A stretch of 64,000 bases of DNA, taken from contig CAZQXB010000001.1 of NCBI GenBank assembly GCA_964597575.1, positions 842,892-906,891 on the forward strand. The letters run 5' to 3'. Shown here in pieces: positions 26,051 through 35,020 of this stretch (positions are counted from its first letter, which is position 1; each line of letters begins with the position of its first letter). The notes beneath the pieces were generated by a model. It was not told where the DNA came from, did not search any database, and was given only the letters and a program-made list of their open reading frames with translations. The translations under genes were made by a program, and so were the position numbers. The stretch comes from an uncultured Gammaproteobacteria bacterium (GTDB taxonomy: Bacteria > Patescibacteriota > Patescibacteriia > Magasanikbacterales > UBA922).

Positions 26051-26788
26051 TCAAATTGAATCTTTACTTTTTAGATATGTTTTTACTGATAGTTCTCTTT
26101 TTAATTCTAAATAAATTTTTTTATGAAGGATTTCTAAGTCCTTATGGGTGATAGCAAAATTATCTGTAAAAGAGAGTTTATTATATTTTTTATTTACTTC
26201 ACAAATTGAACCAAGAATAACTCTGGCAATCTCAGCTATAAAAAATAGATTCGTCCTCACTGTTTTTTCATCCCATTCGTCAAAAAAAGTCATACCGACC
26301 TTTCCATCCATTTTAAAATTTTGAAATGCATTACTAGCATTCGAATGCGAAAAGTTATCGTTCATATAGTCTTTTAATCTTTTTATTTGGCTACTTGCTT
26401 CAGGAAAGTTTAAAAATAACCACTTATACGCATCATCTTTTAGTTTTTTACTTCTAAAAAAGTCAGTCTTCTTATTCTTTTCTTCTGTAAAAACCTTAAC
26501 ATCGAATGACAGTAAATACAGAGCAATCGCCGCAGCTTCAAGCACCTGCCTTAAACACATAAATGATTGAACTTGATGTTTTCTTATAGAAGACAAAAAT
26601 GCAAGTCCTAAATGTTTTTGTATTTGAGAATAAAAAACAAAAAAGAAAAAACCGTCATGGTTTATAGGAGAAAAAGGTGTAGATAGAAATTCAAGCCATT
26701 GATAGGCATTATCATAAAACAGCCCGTTCTCCTGTTGTGCAATATCAGTAAGTCTGTTTTCAATTTCTATTATTTCTTCAAAATTCAT
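26051..26788 (-). CDS. Hypothetical protein (245 aa), downstream partner of the DUF4238-like gene with a 4-nt overlap.
   Basis: ORF and overlap read directly. Confidence 0.4.
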   Translation of the reverse strand: MNFEEIIEIENRLTDIAQQENGLFYDNAYQWLEFLSTPFSPINHDGFFFFVFYSQIQKHLGLAFLSSIRKHQVQSFMCLRQVLEAAAIALYLLSFDVKVFTEEKNKKTDFFRSKKLKDDAYKWLFLNFPEASSQIKRLKDYMNDNFSHSNASNAFQNFKMDGKVGMTFFDEWDEKTVRTNLFFIAEIARVILGSICEVNKKYNKLSFTDNFAITHKDLEILHKKIYLELKRELSVKTYLKSKDSI

Positions 26789-27774
26789 AACGGATAATTG
26801 TCAGGGCTTACTAAAGACAAAAAACGAAGCATTCGATCCAATTTTGTCATCGGCTTTTTTTTGATCTGTTCCTCAAATTCTTCTCGACGAGCCCCATAAG
26901 CTTCTTTCATCGAAAGATTGAGCCGTAAAGTGTTTATATCAAATACTTTTTTATCGTCAGCCCATTTTCTTTTCAACCTTTTACGAGAATGAGGGTAGAT
27001 AAACTCTATAACTACCTTTGGACCGAGGGCAAAATAATGTGTTCTCTCAAGGAAAGACGCACCATAAAAACCTGTTCTCTCTGGAATAAACTCAACAACT
27101 GGTGTATCAGAAGTAAAAAAATCAGACTCCCCTTTGGCGATATGAACCATCCAATTTTTTCCGTAGAATAGGTTGGCAAACCCCCTCATCTCACCTAACA
27201 AATTCAAATGGCTCGCGTTATTGAACTCTAAGCCATACTCTTCATTAATGAGCATTTGCTTATACGAATCTACATCTTCCAAGGAAATCTCTCTTTCACC
27301 GAGAGAGTCTACTTTTTCTTTCAGATCACTGGAGAATGTCTCCTGGCTCGCCCTGAATTTCATGCTGTGTTTATAGAACTCTTCATCCATTCTCTTTATC
27401 TGCCCCCTCATGTAACCTCCTCTCAAATAGAGCATGGAGGCAAGAGTGGCAATGGTATATCTTTCGCTTTCTGTAACAGACTCATAATGAAGTAGCTTTT
27501 GATAAATACCGTCTAATTTACCAGAGATGTCATCTTCGATCTGCCTAAAAAGCTCCTCTATAATCTGACTCACGTCATCGGGCACACCTGTGGTAACTGC
27601 ATAATAAAATTTTTCATAACAAACGCTAGCATAAGGTCTGAATGGCTCAATTCTTACTTTTTTGATATTCAAAACACTAACAAACCCCCTTTCATTGGCG
27701 AAACGTTTTGTGTAAAACTTTGGTACAAAGTGCTGCTTCTCTGTAATTGGCTTTTTAGCACTTATATTTGACAT
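26785..27774 (-). CDS. DUF4238-like protein.
   Basis: N-terminus KQHFVPKFYTKRF fits the H-[FY]-[VI]-P-x-F-[YL] start motif I associate with DUF4238. Located on the integrative element. Confidence 0.45.
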   Translation of the reverse strand: MSNISAKKPITEKQHFVPKFYTKRFANERGFVSVLNIKKVRIEPFRPYASVCYEKFYYAVTTGVPDDVSQIIEELFRQIEDDISGKLDGIYQKLLHYESVTESERYTIATLASMLYLRGGYMRGQIKRMDEEFYKHSMKFRASQETFSSDLKEKVDSLGEREISLEDVDSYKQMLINEEYGLEFNNASHLNLLGEMRGFANLFYGKNWMVHIAKGESDFFTSDTPVVEFIPERTGFYGASFLERTHYFALGPKVVIEFIYPHSRKRLKRKWADDKKVFDINTLRLNLSMKEAYGARREEFEEQIKKKPMTKLDRMLRFLSLVSPDNYPL

Positions 27775-27803
27775 ACCATACGGGCGACATAATAAAACAG
27801 AAA

Positions 27804-28127
27804 CTAGATAACGTCTTTATCTCGTGTGCAAAACATCTCCATAGGTAAATCCCCTTTATCAGGATACTGGGCAGTCATCCTATACTCTAAAATATTCTTT
27901 AAAGCAGAAATATCATTAAAAATTTTTGAAGCTTGTGCACCACATACACTTTTCGGCACATACTTACCTATAACCTTGCGAACCTGCCAATAACGCGTCT
28001 GTAAAGCTTTGAGTTCTGTGGCCATCTCCTTCCAATTCTCTATTGTGGGTTTTTCATATTTTGTCATAAGATATCTGTTATTTATAAAAATTTTTATAAG
28101 GTAAAAGTAGTATCTCACATAGTACAA
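27804..28127 (-). CDS. Hypothetical small protein (107 aa).
   Basis: ORF only. Confidence 0.3.
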   Translation of the reverse strand: MYYVRYYFYLIKIFINNRYLMTKYEKPTIENWKEMATELKALQTRYWQVRKVIGKYVPKSVCGAQASKIFNDISALKNILEYRMTAQYPDKGDLPMEMFCTRDKDVI

Positions 28128-28796
28128 TAATCTGCTGGATGCCTGTGGTTAACTTTAAACGGGGCCACGTACAGCGAATTTTATGGCTAAAATTTTGACT
28201 GAGATAATCATAGCTCATACAACATCTTCCATTTGACCGCATGTAAACCCTGAGCCAGACAGTGTGAGCTGTTAAATTAAAGCGAAAAATAGCCACATTA
28301 TTATAGGAAAAATGAAAATTTGGTTTACAAAAAATCGCTAAATAATCCATTTTTATGCTTTTATACGTTGATTTTCTCTTTATTTTTGTATACATTTTTG
28401 ATTGTAACTTACAGTCTAGTTTTTGCGGGCGATAAATTCAACTCAAACACCCCCGCTTTTTCACGCAAAAACTGTGCAATAATTATTAATTACTTATAAA
28501 AAGTAGCGGAAATTATAGTGTTTTAATAGCTTAATTTAGCTTTTTTTTACAAAGTACAAGCTTAAGTTAATTTTTGCACCATTATTGCGAGTTATCTAAT
28601 TACTTTTTATATACTAAATTAATTAATAATTAATACAAAAAATGAATGTATGAACATTATGAATGTTATAAAGATAATTTGGGTACACAGAAATAGCCTT
28701 GTAACTGAGCAAAGAAAGTTATAATCCCCTCCCGTCGGTTCCGCTACATAAAAAGGAACCTCTCCATAGGGGTTCCTTTTTATGTAGTTGTGTTTT

Positions 28797-28917
28797 GATA
28801 GGATTTCGAACCGAAAGGGTTTGGGAAAACTGCTTGGCGGTTTTCTTAACCTTAGTTGGGGGAAGGTTGGGAAGGGGTGGAAACCCTTTCCCAGGAGGAG
28901 GGGCAGCGACGAGTGAG
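28797..28917 (+). repeat. Copy 2 of the structured repeat. It begins with a TTCGAACC T-loop-like end (GGATTTCGAACCGAAAGGG).
   Basis: Alignment with copies 1 and 3. It lies just right of the integrative element and a long hairpin (CTACATAAAAAGGAACC ... GGTTCCTTTTTATGTAG). Confidence 0.65.
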
Positions 28918-29274
28918 AAAAAAACCGTACACACTTTTGTGTGTACAGCCCCAGAGAGTCCATAGTCGGCGCTGCACAGCGCCATATCGCGGGTGGCGTC
29001 GAGAGGTGGACCACCGGCGGTGGACTCATCGTCGAAGCCGTCGACGACCACATATATCAAGGACCACCATATACACATGGTACGTGATGCAAATCCCATC
29101 CATGATCCAACATATCGCCCAGAGGATGGTTTCTGCCATGACCCTCCTTCTCTACTCTCGACAAGCGTCTAGAATAGAGAAGGGTTTGCTATCAGAACGT
29201 ATTCAAGTTTCTCCACCTTCTTTTTTGAGGTATACTACATGTACACTTTCTTAATAAATTCCCTCAAAAAAAAT

Positions 29275-30486
29275 ATGAAAAAATACACCCTTCTCCTGCT
29301 TCTTACTTTCGTCATAGGCTTTTCTCCTGTCTCTGCGCTCGCTGCAGCATGGAAACCTACTCCTCCGGAGGGTTTTACCCCAATCACCTGGGTAGGTGCA
29401 AACGGCGTAGCGAGTTTCATGCGAGCACCGGAAAATGCGGGGTATATTGACTACGTTACCATCATTCATCTCCCCTCAACGCAGGTAAAATTGATGTCAT
29501 CAGATATACCGAGAATGATTACGAGCCCAGCCGTTGAACCATTTCCTCTTGAAACAGCACAAAACTGGCTATTTACCCGCTCGATTGTAGAAAAACTCAA
29601 GGCAGCAAACCCAGAAGTACGTTTCGTGTGGGACATGCCTTTTTTTAGTGTATCGGGCGACACCACGAACTTAAGCTTTGCGCTCAAATCGACTGATGCC
29701 ATGGGCCCGTACATTACGAGCGGGTATCGGCTACCCTCAGACATCGCAGCACCTCGACGCATGCTTATTGTCGACAATAGTGCTGGTACGGGAAAAATTG
29801 TCGATTTTAACGAGAGTGTTTTTATTGCAGAAGGTGATCAGGCGGTTGAGGGGTTTGCTCCATTTGCTATCCCTAGCGTCGCCTCGGTTCAAACCGCAAG
29901 ATTGTTTGTCGGCGTCCGAGGAGAAGGAAAAGAATTGGTTGTGTACTGCAGTCGAAGTGCGTCTCACGAAGAAGCCAGTAACGCCCTTATGGCTGCTGGG
30001 GTGCCTTTAGAGAATCAGCTTCAGGCGGATGGCGGAGGCAGTACTGCATGCGGATATAACTTACCCGGACAATATTTTGTTGAACCAGGCCGAGCACTTC
30101 CGCATATTATGGGTGCGACCCCGGTTGTTTTTCGCGGAACGATAACAATTGATGAACTTAATGTCCGAAGTGGTGCCAGCACAAATAGCAGCGTTGTGCG
30201 CAAACTTGCACTTGGCACGCCGATTACGGCCTATGAAGAAAAAAATGGTTGGTTCCGTATTGCTGTCGGCGAGTGGATCTCTGCAAAATATGTAAAAAAA
30301 TTAGTGGTGTTTCCCTACTCTGCCAGTGTTTCCATTGATGAATTAAATGTTCGTTCAGGTGCTGGCACCAATTTTCCTGCAGTGCGACGCTTGCCAATCG
30401 GGACCACCGTGAACGTGCTTGAAGAAAAAAATGGTTGGGCACGCATTTCTCTCGATGAATGGGTTTCGGCTAAATATATAAAGTAG
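29275..30486 (+). CDS. Secreted protein with two C-terminal bacterial SH3 (SH3b) domains. The N-terminal domain is unassigned (possible cell-wall-associated hydrolase).
   Basis: Signal peptide MKKYTLLLLLTFVIGFSPVSALA. The module IDELNVRSG.(S/G)TN..VVR.L..GT....EEKNGW.RI...EW.SAKY occurs twice. Confidence 0.5.
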   Translation: MKKYTLLLLLTFVIGFSPVSALAAAWKPTPPEGFTPITWVGANGVASFMRAPENAGYIDYVTIIHLPSTQVKLMSSDIPRMITSPAVEPFPLETAQNWLFTRSIVEKLKAANPEVRFVWDMPFFSVSGDTTNLSFALKSTDAMGPYITSGYRLPSDIAAPRRMLIVDNSAGTGKIVDFNESVFIAEGDQAVEGFAPFAIPSVASVQTARLFVGVRGEGKELVVYCSRSASHEEASNALMAAGVPLENQLQADGGGSTACGYNLPGQYFVEPGRALPHIMGATPVVFRGTITIDELNVRSGASTNSSVVRKLALGTPITAYEEKNGWFRIAVGEWISAKYVKKLVVFPYSASVSIDELNVRSGAGTNFPAVRRLPIGTTVNVLEEKNGWARISLDEWVSAKYIK

Positions 30487-30594
30487 AACACTCTACCGTA
30501 AAATAACCTTCTGTGAAGAAGGTTATTTTATTTAATGGAAAACCGCTTATCACAAACCCGCTCTATCCGTATGGGGTGTGAAAAAAGTGGTTTT

Positions 30595-31809
30595 TTACAC
30601 AACCCTATTATTCTTACAAATATCTGCGTAGAACACCGATGAAGAACGTGGCTTTCGTTCAAACGTCTGAAAATCTACCTCATACAATCCAAATCGTGGA
30701 CGAAACCCCTCGGCCCATTCAAAGTTATCAATAAGCGACCAATGGAAGTAGCCTCGAACATCGGCCCCCTCTTCTATTGCCTTATGAATATTCGCAAGGG
30801 TTTCACGAATATACCATGAACGATGCTGATCTCCTTTATCAGCTAAACCATTCTCCGTAATGTAGACGGGTTTCTGAAATGAGTGTAATTCTTTGAGAGC
30901 ATGGTACATGCCTTCCGGATGCAAACCCCACCCGAGGTCAGAATTTTTTTCATACACATGTTTTTCTCCTCCAATACGGACCAGTGAGTGAAAATAGTAA
31001 TTAAGTCCGATAAAATCTGAGGTATCATGTATGGCGAGAAGAAACCGTCGATTCCACCACCAATCTGCCAACGATTTTGCAACACGATTAGGAAAATAAT
31101 TCTTATACGCCTCAAAATAGATATTATGTTTGGCAATTCCCACTTGGCTCTCAGGACTTATGCGTTTAATACTCGCATACGCTTCTTCGTGACATATCAT
31201 TAAGTGCCGAATCACTTTTATATACGAGAAAAAACTTTTCTTTTGTGGTGGCCACGCCCCCTTAAAATAACCCATCGAACTGTACACCATGGGCTCGTTT
31301 AACGTTATCCAAAAACGCACATCATCCTTGAGCGCGCTGACGACCTTTTCTGTACATCGTGTAAAATATTTGACCATTTCTTTCGATTCAAATCCCCCCT
31401 TGTCTCTCATCCACAGTGGAATTGGCCAATGCCACAGCGTTACAAACGGTTCAATGTGATGTGCACGGAGTTTACGAATAAAATTTTTATACGACTCTAT
31501 CGCGACCTCATTAAATTCCCCTTCACTAGGCTCTATACGAGACCAGTCAATGGAAAAACGATACGCATTCGCGTGTAAGTCAACCAAGCACTGTATATCA
31601 GCATTCTGTTCTAAAAAAGAATTTGCAGCGTGGCCTGAAATAAAGTCTTCAGGTGAAAGGTTTTTTTCTTTGAGCTCACGGAGGCGTTCTTCCGACTGCT
31701 CCCACGCTGACCAGTCATTCGTGAGTCCACCCTCAATCTGGTGCGCACTGGTTGCTGCACCCCAAAAAAATCCACGCGGAAAAGTATATTGTTTCAAGGC
31801 TTCGTGCAT
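30595..31809 (-). CDS. Glycoside hydrolase family 1 beta-glucosidase.
   Basis: FPRGFFWGAATSAHQIEGG N-terminal signature, LNEP (acid/base) and YITENG (nucleophile) motifs. Confidence 0.8.
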   Translation of the reverse strand: MHEALKQYTFPRGFFWGAATSAHQIEGGLTNDWSAWEQSEERLRELKEKNLSPEDFISGHAANSFLEQNADIQCLVDLHANAYRFSIDWSRIEPSEGEFNEVAIESYKNFIRKLRAHHIEPFVTLWHWPIPLWMRDKGGFESKEMVKYFTRCTEKVVSALKDDVRFWITLNEPMVYSSMGYFKGAWPPQKKSFFSYIKVIRHLMICHEEAYASIKRISPESQVGIAKHNIYFEAYKNYFPNRVAKSLADWWWNRRFLLAIHDTSDFIGLNYYFHSLVRIGGEKHVYEKNSDLGWGLHPEGMYHALKELHSFQKPVYITENGLADKGDQHRSWYIRETLANIHKAIEEGADVRGYFHWSLIDNFEWAEGFRPRFGLYEVDFQTFERKPRSSSVFYADICKNNRVV

Positions 31810-31851
31810 ACAAGAAGTAAGTCAGAAGACCCCTTTTTGAAGGGTCTTCTT

Positions 31852-34800
31852 TTATTCACCTGAGCACACTTCGTATCCGGTTGGAACATCGCATGGTGTT
31901 GGATAAAGCGTGCACTCTCCGCCACTGCGCGGTTTCGCATACGTTACAATCTGCACACACGTTCGTTTTTCACGGATATCCCACTGATTTATGGGCTTAT
32001 CTGGAGTACCTTCAAATTTTATGGTGGCCAAAATAGCGTCGAGCTGTGGGGCTGTGGCATTTATTTCCACAAACATATCCGGTAAATCCACCTCAACAAT
32101 TTGATATGGTGCACCGTCTTTTGGAGAAATATCCGTGTAGCGAGTAGCTTTATATTCACCGAGCATGAAATCTGTTTTTCCAGTCGTCTTGGCTGGGTGG
32201 CGAACCAGCTGCTCAAACACACTTACAAAATGTCCGGTTTTCGCATCACGCATCGTCATTCCACCTGGCCAATACTCTACGGCCCAGCCGCGAGGATGTT
32301 CCAAAGAAAAATTAGCAAATGTGGTTACTTTAATGCGTACCGGGTCTTTTCCCAAAGATGTTGCCTCACGCTCAACCTCTTTTGCCGCGTCCAAAGCTTG
32401 TTTTGCCTCTAGTCGTTCTCGAATAAGACCAGGCGCAACATCGGTTACTGGGGCATTTTGAAACGCATTTATTTGAGGGTTCACACAACCAGCCCCAAGA
32501 CCCATGACCGCCGCGGAAAGAAGCCCGACAACTGCGACCAACCCAAGGTATGCCGGATTCGTTTTATGCCCCGTTTTTCCCAGAGTATTCTCGACAAACG
32601 CAATGCGTTCACGAGTTTTTACAATGGTATCGGGATTTAAGGAAATACTATCAATGCCTTCGCGAACTAAAAATTCGGCAAATTCAGGATAGTCGCTCGG
32701 TGCTTGACCACAGATTCCGATTTTTTTCTTGTTCTTTTTGGCCACGCGAATCACTTGGCGAATGAGAGTTTTTACGGCTTCATTGCGTTCATTGTACACA
32801 TGGCTCACAAGTGCTGAATCCCGATCAACCCCAAGAGTAAGTTGTGTAAGATCATTTGACCCGATACTAAACCCATCAAAAATTGCTGCAAATTCTTCAG
32901 CTAAAATAACATTTGAAGGAATTTCGCACATGACGTAGACCTGCAAACCATTTTCCCCACGTTTGAGTCCGAATTCAGCCATGGTTTTAAGTACCTGCTC
33001 ACCTTCTTCTGGGGTGCGACAAAAAGGAACCATGGTAATAACATTTGTAAGACCCCAGTCATTTCGTACTTTTTTGATCGCCTCGCACTCGAGCGCAAAC
33101 CCTGGCTTATATTCTTTTGAGTAGTACCGACTTGCCCCACGCCAACCGATCATCGGGTTTTCTTCTTTTGGCTCAAATTCTTTTCCCCCAAGGAGCGTCG
33201 CGTACTCATTTGTTTTAAAATCAGAAAAACGAATGATGACGTCGTGTGGATAAAATGCTGCCGCAATACGCGCAATACCTTCTGCGAGCCTATCCACGCA
33301 GTAATCCGTTTTTTTCGCATACCCGCGAGTAATCTCGGCAATTTGTTTTTTCGCATTTTTGTCGGCCAAGGTATCGTAGTGAACCAACGCCAACGGATGA
33401 ATGCGAATAAAATTCGTAAAAATAAACTCTTCGCGAGCTAACCCGACGCCATCGCTTGGAAGACGGGCCAGGCTAAACGCATTATCAGGATCACCCACAT
33501 TCATCATGATCTTTGTCTTTGTGGGAACCCCTGGCTTAACGTCGGTTTTCTTCACTTCAAACGGAAGAATACCCGCGTAAATGACCCCTTCATCCCCTTC
33601 GGCACAGGAAATTGTTACCGGGCGGCCCGTTTTAAGAAGTCTTCTTGCGCCTCGTGCCCCAACAATGGCAGGTACACCAAGTTCACGCGAAACAATAGCC
33701 GCATGCGAGGTCTTTCCACCCTCTTCAGTCACAATCGCTGAAGCAATACGCATAATCGGTTCCCAATCTGGGTCAGTAATGCGCGTAACTAAAACTTCTC
33801 CTTTTTTGAAAGATTTCATTTGCGACGGGTGTTCGATAACCCGCACATGGCCTGCACCAATTTTTTGCCCAACCGAAACTCCTCGAAGTAAAATATTCCC
33901 CTTTTGTTTGAGTTCAAATGACTCAATCACTAAATTTCCTTCTGTTTTTGCCTTCACTGTCTCGGGTCGCGCCTGAACAATAAACAATTCCCCGGACTCA
34001 CCATCTTTGGCCCATTCAATATCTTGAGCTCGACCATAGTGATCCTCAATTTGCATTCCCCATTTTGCAAGAGACACCACATCAGCATCGCTAATCGAAA
34101 AAGCATTGCGTTCAGCCTTGCCAGTAGATGCCTGCTTTGTTCCTGATCCGCCTTTTGCGTAAATAAGCTTTGCATCTTTTGTTCCAAGGGTGCGGCTAAT
34201 AATGGCTTTTTTTCCTTGCTTTATCCCTTCTTTGAAGACATAAAATTGATCGGGAGTCACGCGCCCCTTCACCACATACTCCCCAAGACCGTAAGAGGCA
34301 TTGATAAGTACTACCCCAGCAAAACCAGATTCGGTATCGATCGTAAACATGACCCCTGAAGACCCAACGTCAGAGCGAACCATTTTTTGAACACCGACAG
34401 ACAGTGCCACATTTAAGTGGTCAAACCCCTGCGCCTCACGGTAAGAAAGAGCGCGATCCGTAAAGAGTGAGGCCACGCACTTTTTTACCGCCAGAAGGAG
34501 ATCCTTTTCTCCGCGGATATTGAGATACGTCTCTTGTTGACCAGCAAAACTTGCACCAGGTAAGTCTTCAGCTGTCGCAGAAGAACGGACAGCAACTGAA
34601 AGTCGAGCATCTTTATATTCCTTGCCGAGTGCTTTGTACGCCTCACCAATTGCTTTCTCTACTTCCTTTGGCAGACGTTCTTTTAAAATAAGAGTGCGTA
34701 CGATTTTACCCACCTTCGCAAGCATGCGAACATCGGACACATCAAGCCCTTTAATCGCTTGTTTAATTTTTTTATCGAGTCCGGTTTCTTTAAGAAAAAG

Positions 34801-34980
34801 CCAGTAAGCTTCAGCTGTTACAGCAAAACCATTCGGCACACGCACTCCTTTTTGCGTAAGCTTGGCATACATTTCTCCAAGCGACGCATTTTTGCCTCCG
34901 ACAAGCGGCACGTCTGCAATCGTAATATCTTTAAAAGGAAGGACCAAGGCTTTGGATTTTTCAGAAGAAGAAGTGCTCAT
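31852..34980 (-). CDS. ppsA: Phosphoenolpyruvate synthase (pyruvate, water dikinase). The PpsA-like region of about 790 aa is fused to an extra C-terminal segment of about 250 aa that contains a TM helix.
   Basis: Collinear with PpsA throughout (VGGKNASLGEM, SSATAEDLPGASFAGQQETYLN, GGKTSHAAIVSRELGVPA, GFSIGSNDLTQLTLG, ICGQAPSDYPEFAEFLVREGIDSISLNPDT). The extension contains LGLVAVVGLLSAAVMGLGAGC. Confidence 0.8.
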   Translation of the reverse strand: MSTSSSEKSKALVLPFKDITIADVPLVGGKNASLGEMYAKLTQKGVRVPNGFAVTAEAYWLFLKETGLDKKIKQAIKGLDVSDVRMLAKVGKIVRTLILKERLPKEVEKAIGEAYKALGKEYKDARLSVAVRSSATAEDLPGASFAGQQETYLNIRGEKDLLLAVKKCVASLFTDRALSYREAQGFDHLNVALSVGVQKMVRSDVGSSGVMFTIDTESGFAGVVLINASYGLGEYVVKGRVTPDQFYVFKEGIKQGKKAIISRTLGTKDAKLIYAKGGSGTKQASTGKAERNAFSISDADVVSLAKWGMQIEDHYGRAQDIEWAKDGESGELFIVQARPETVKAKTEGNLVIESFELKQKGNILLRGVSVGQKIGAGHVRVIEHPSQMKSFKKGEVLVTRITDPDWEPIMRIASAIVTEEGGKTSHAAIVSRELGVPAIVGARGARRLLKTGRPVTISCAEGDEGVIYAGILPFEVKKTDVKPGVPTKTKIMMNVGDPDNAFSLARLPSDGVGLAREEFIFTNFIRIHPLALVHYDTLADKNAKKQIAEITRGYAKKTDYCVDRLAEGIARIAAAFYPHDVIIRFSDFKTNEYATLLGGKEFEPKEENPMIGWRGASRYYSKEYKPGFALECEAIKKVRNDWGLTNVITMVPFCRTPEEGEQVLKTMAEFGLKRGENGLQVYVMCEIPSNVILAEEFAAIFDGFSIGSNDLTQLTLGVDRDSALVSHVYNERNEAVKTLIRQVIRVAKKNKKKIGICGQAPSDYPEFAEFLVREGIDSISLNPDTIVKTRERIAFVENTLGKTGHKTNPAYLGLVAVVGLLSAAVMGLGAGCVNPQINAFQNAPVTDVAPGLIRERLEAKQALDAAKEVEREATSLGKDPVRIKVTTFANFSLEHPRGWAVEYWPGGMTMRDAKTGHFVSVFEQLVRHPAKTTGKTDFMLGEYKATRYTDISPKDGAPYQIVEVDLPDMFVEINATAPQLDAILATIKFEGTPDKPINQWDIREKRTCVQIVTYAKPRSGGECTLYPTPCDVPTGYEVCSGE

Positions 34981-35020
34981 AGTTCAGAAACAGTATAGCA
35001 TATTTTTTCTCCTCTGCACA

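Larger units (their letters stand above)
16273..28790. mobile_element. AT-rich integrative element of about 12.5 kb (about 33% GC) inserted at the 3' end of tRNA-Asp. It carries a large serine recombinase, a replication-type NTPase, TA and defence-like cargo.
   Basis: The recombinase C-terminus overlaps the tRNA. Composition drops abruptly relative to flanking DNA. The right end is approximate (AT-rich noncoding stretch plus long hairpin at about 28740-28790). Confidence 0.55.

Noticed and set aside
28719-29099. Minus-strand ORF (126 aa), together with ORFs 10916..11143 and 61061..61294. All translate a conserved peptide ...GKGFPPLPNLPP...
   Set aside because: The shared peptide is a by-product of translating the conserved nucleotide repeat. 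There is no start codon or RBS in consistent positions. The repeat's conservation is better explained by RNA structure (compensatory changes).
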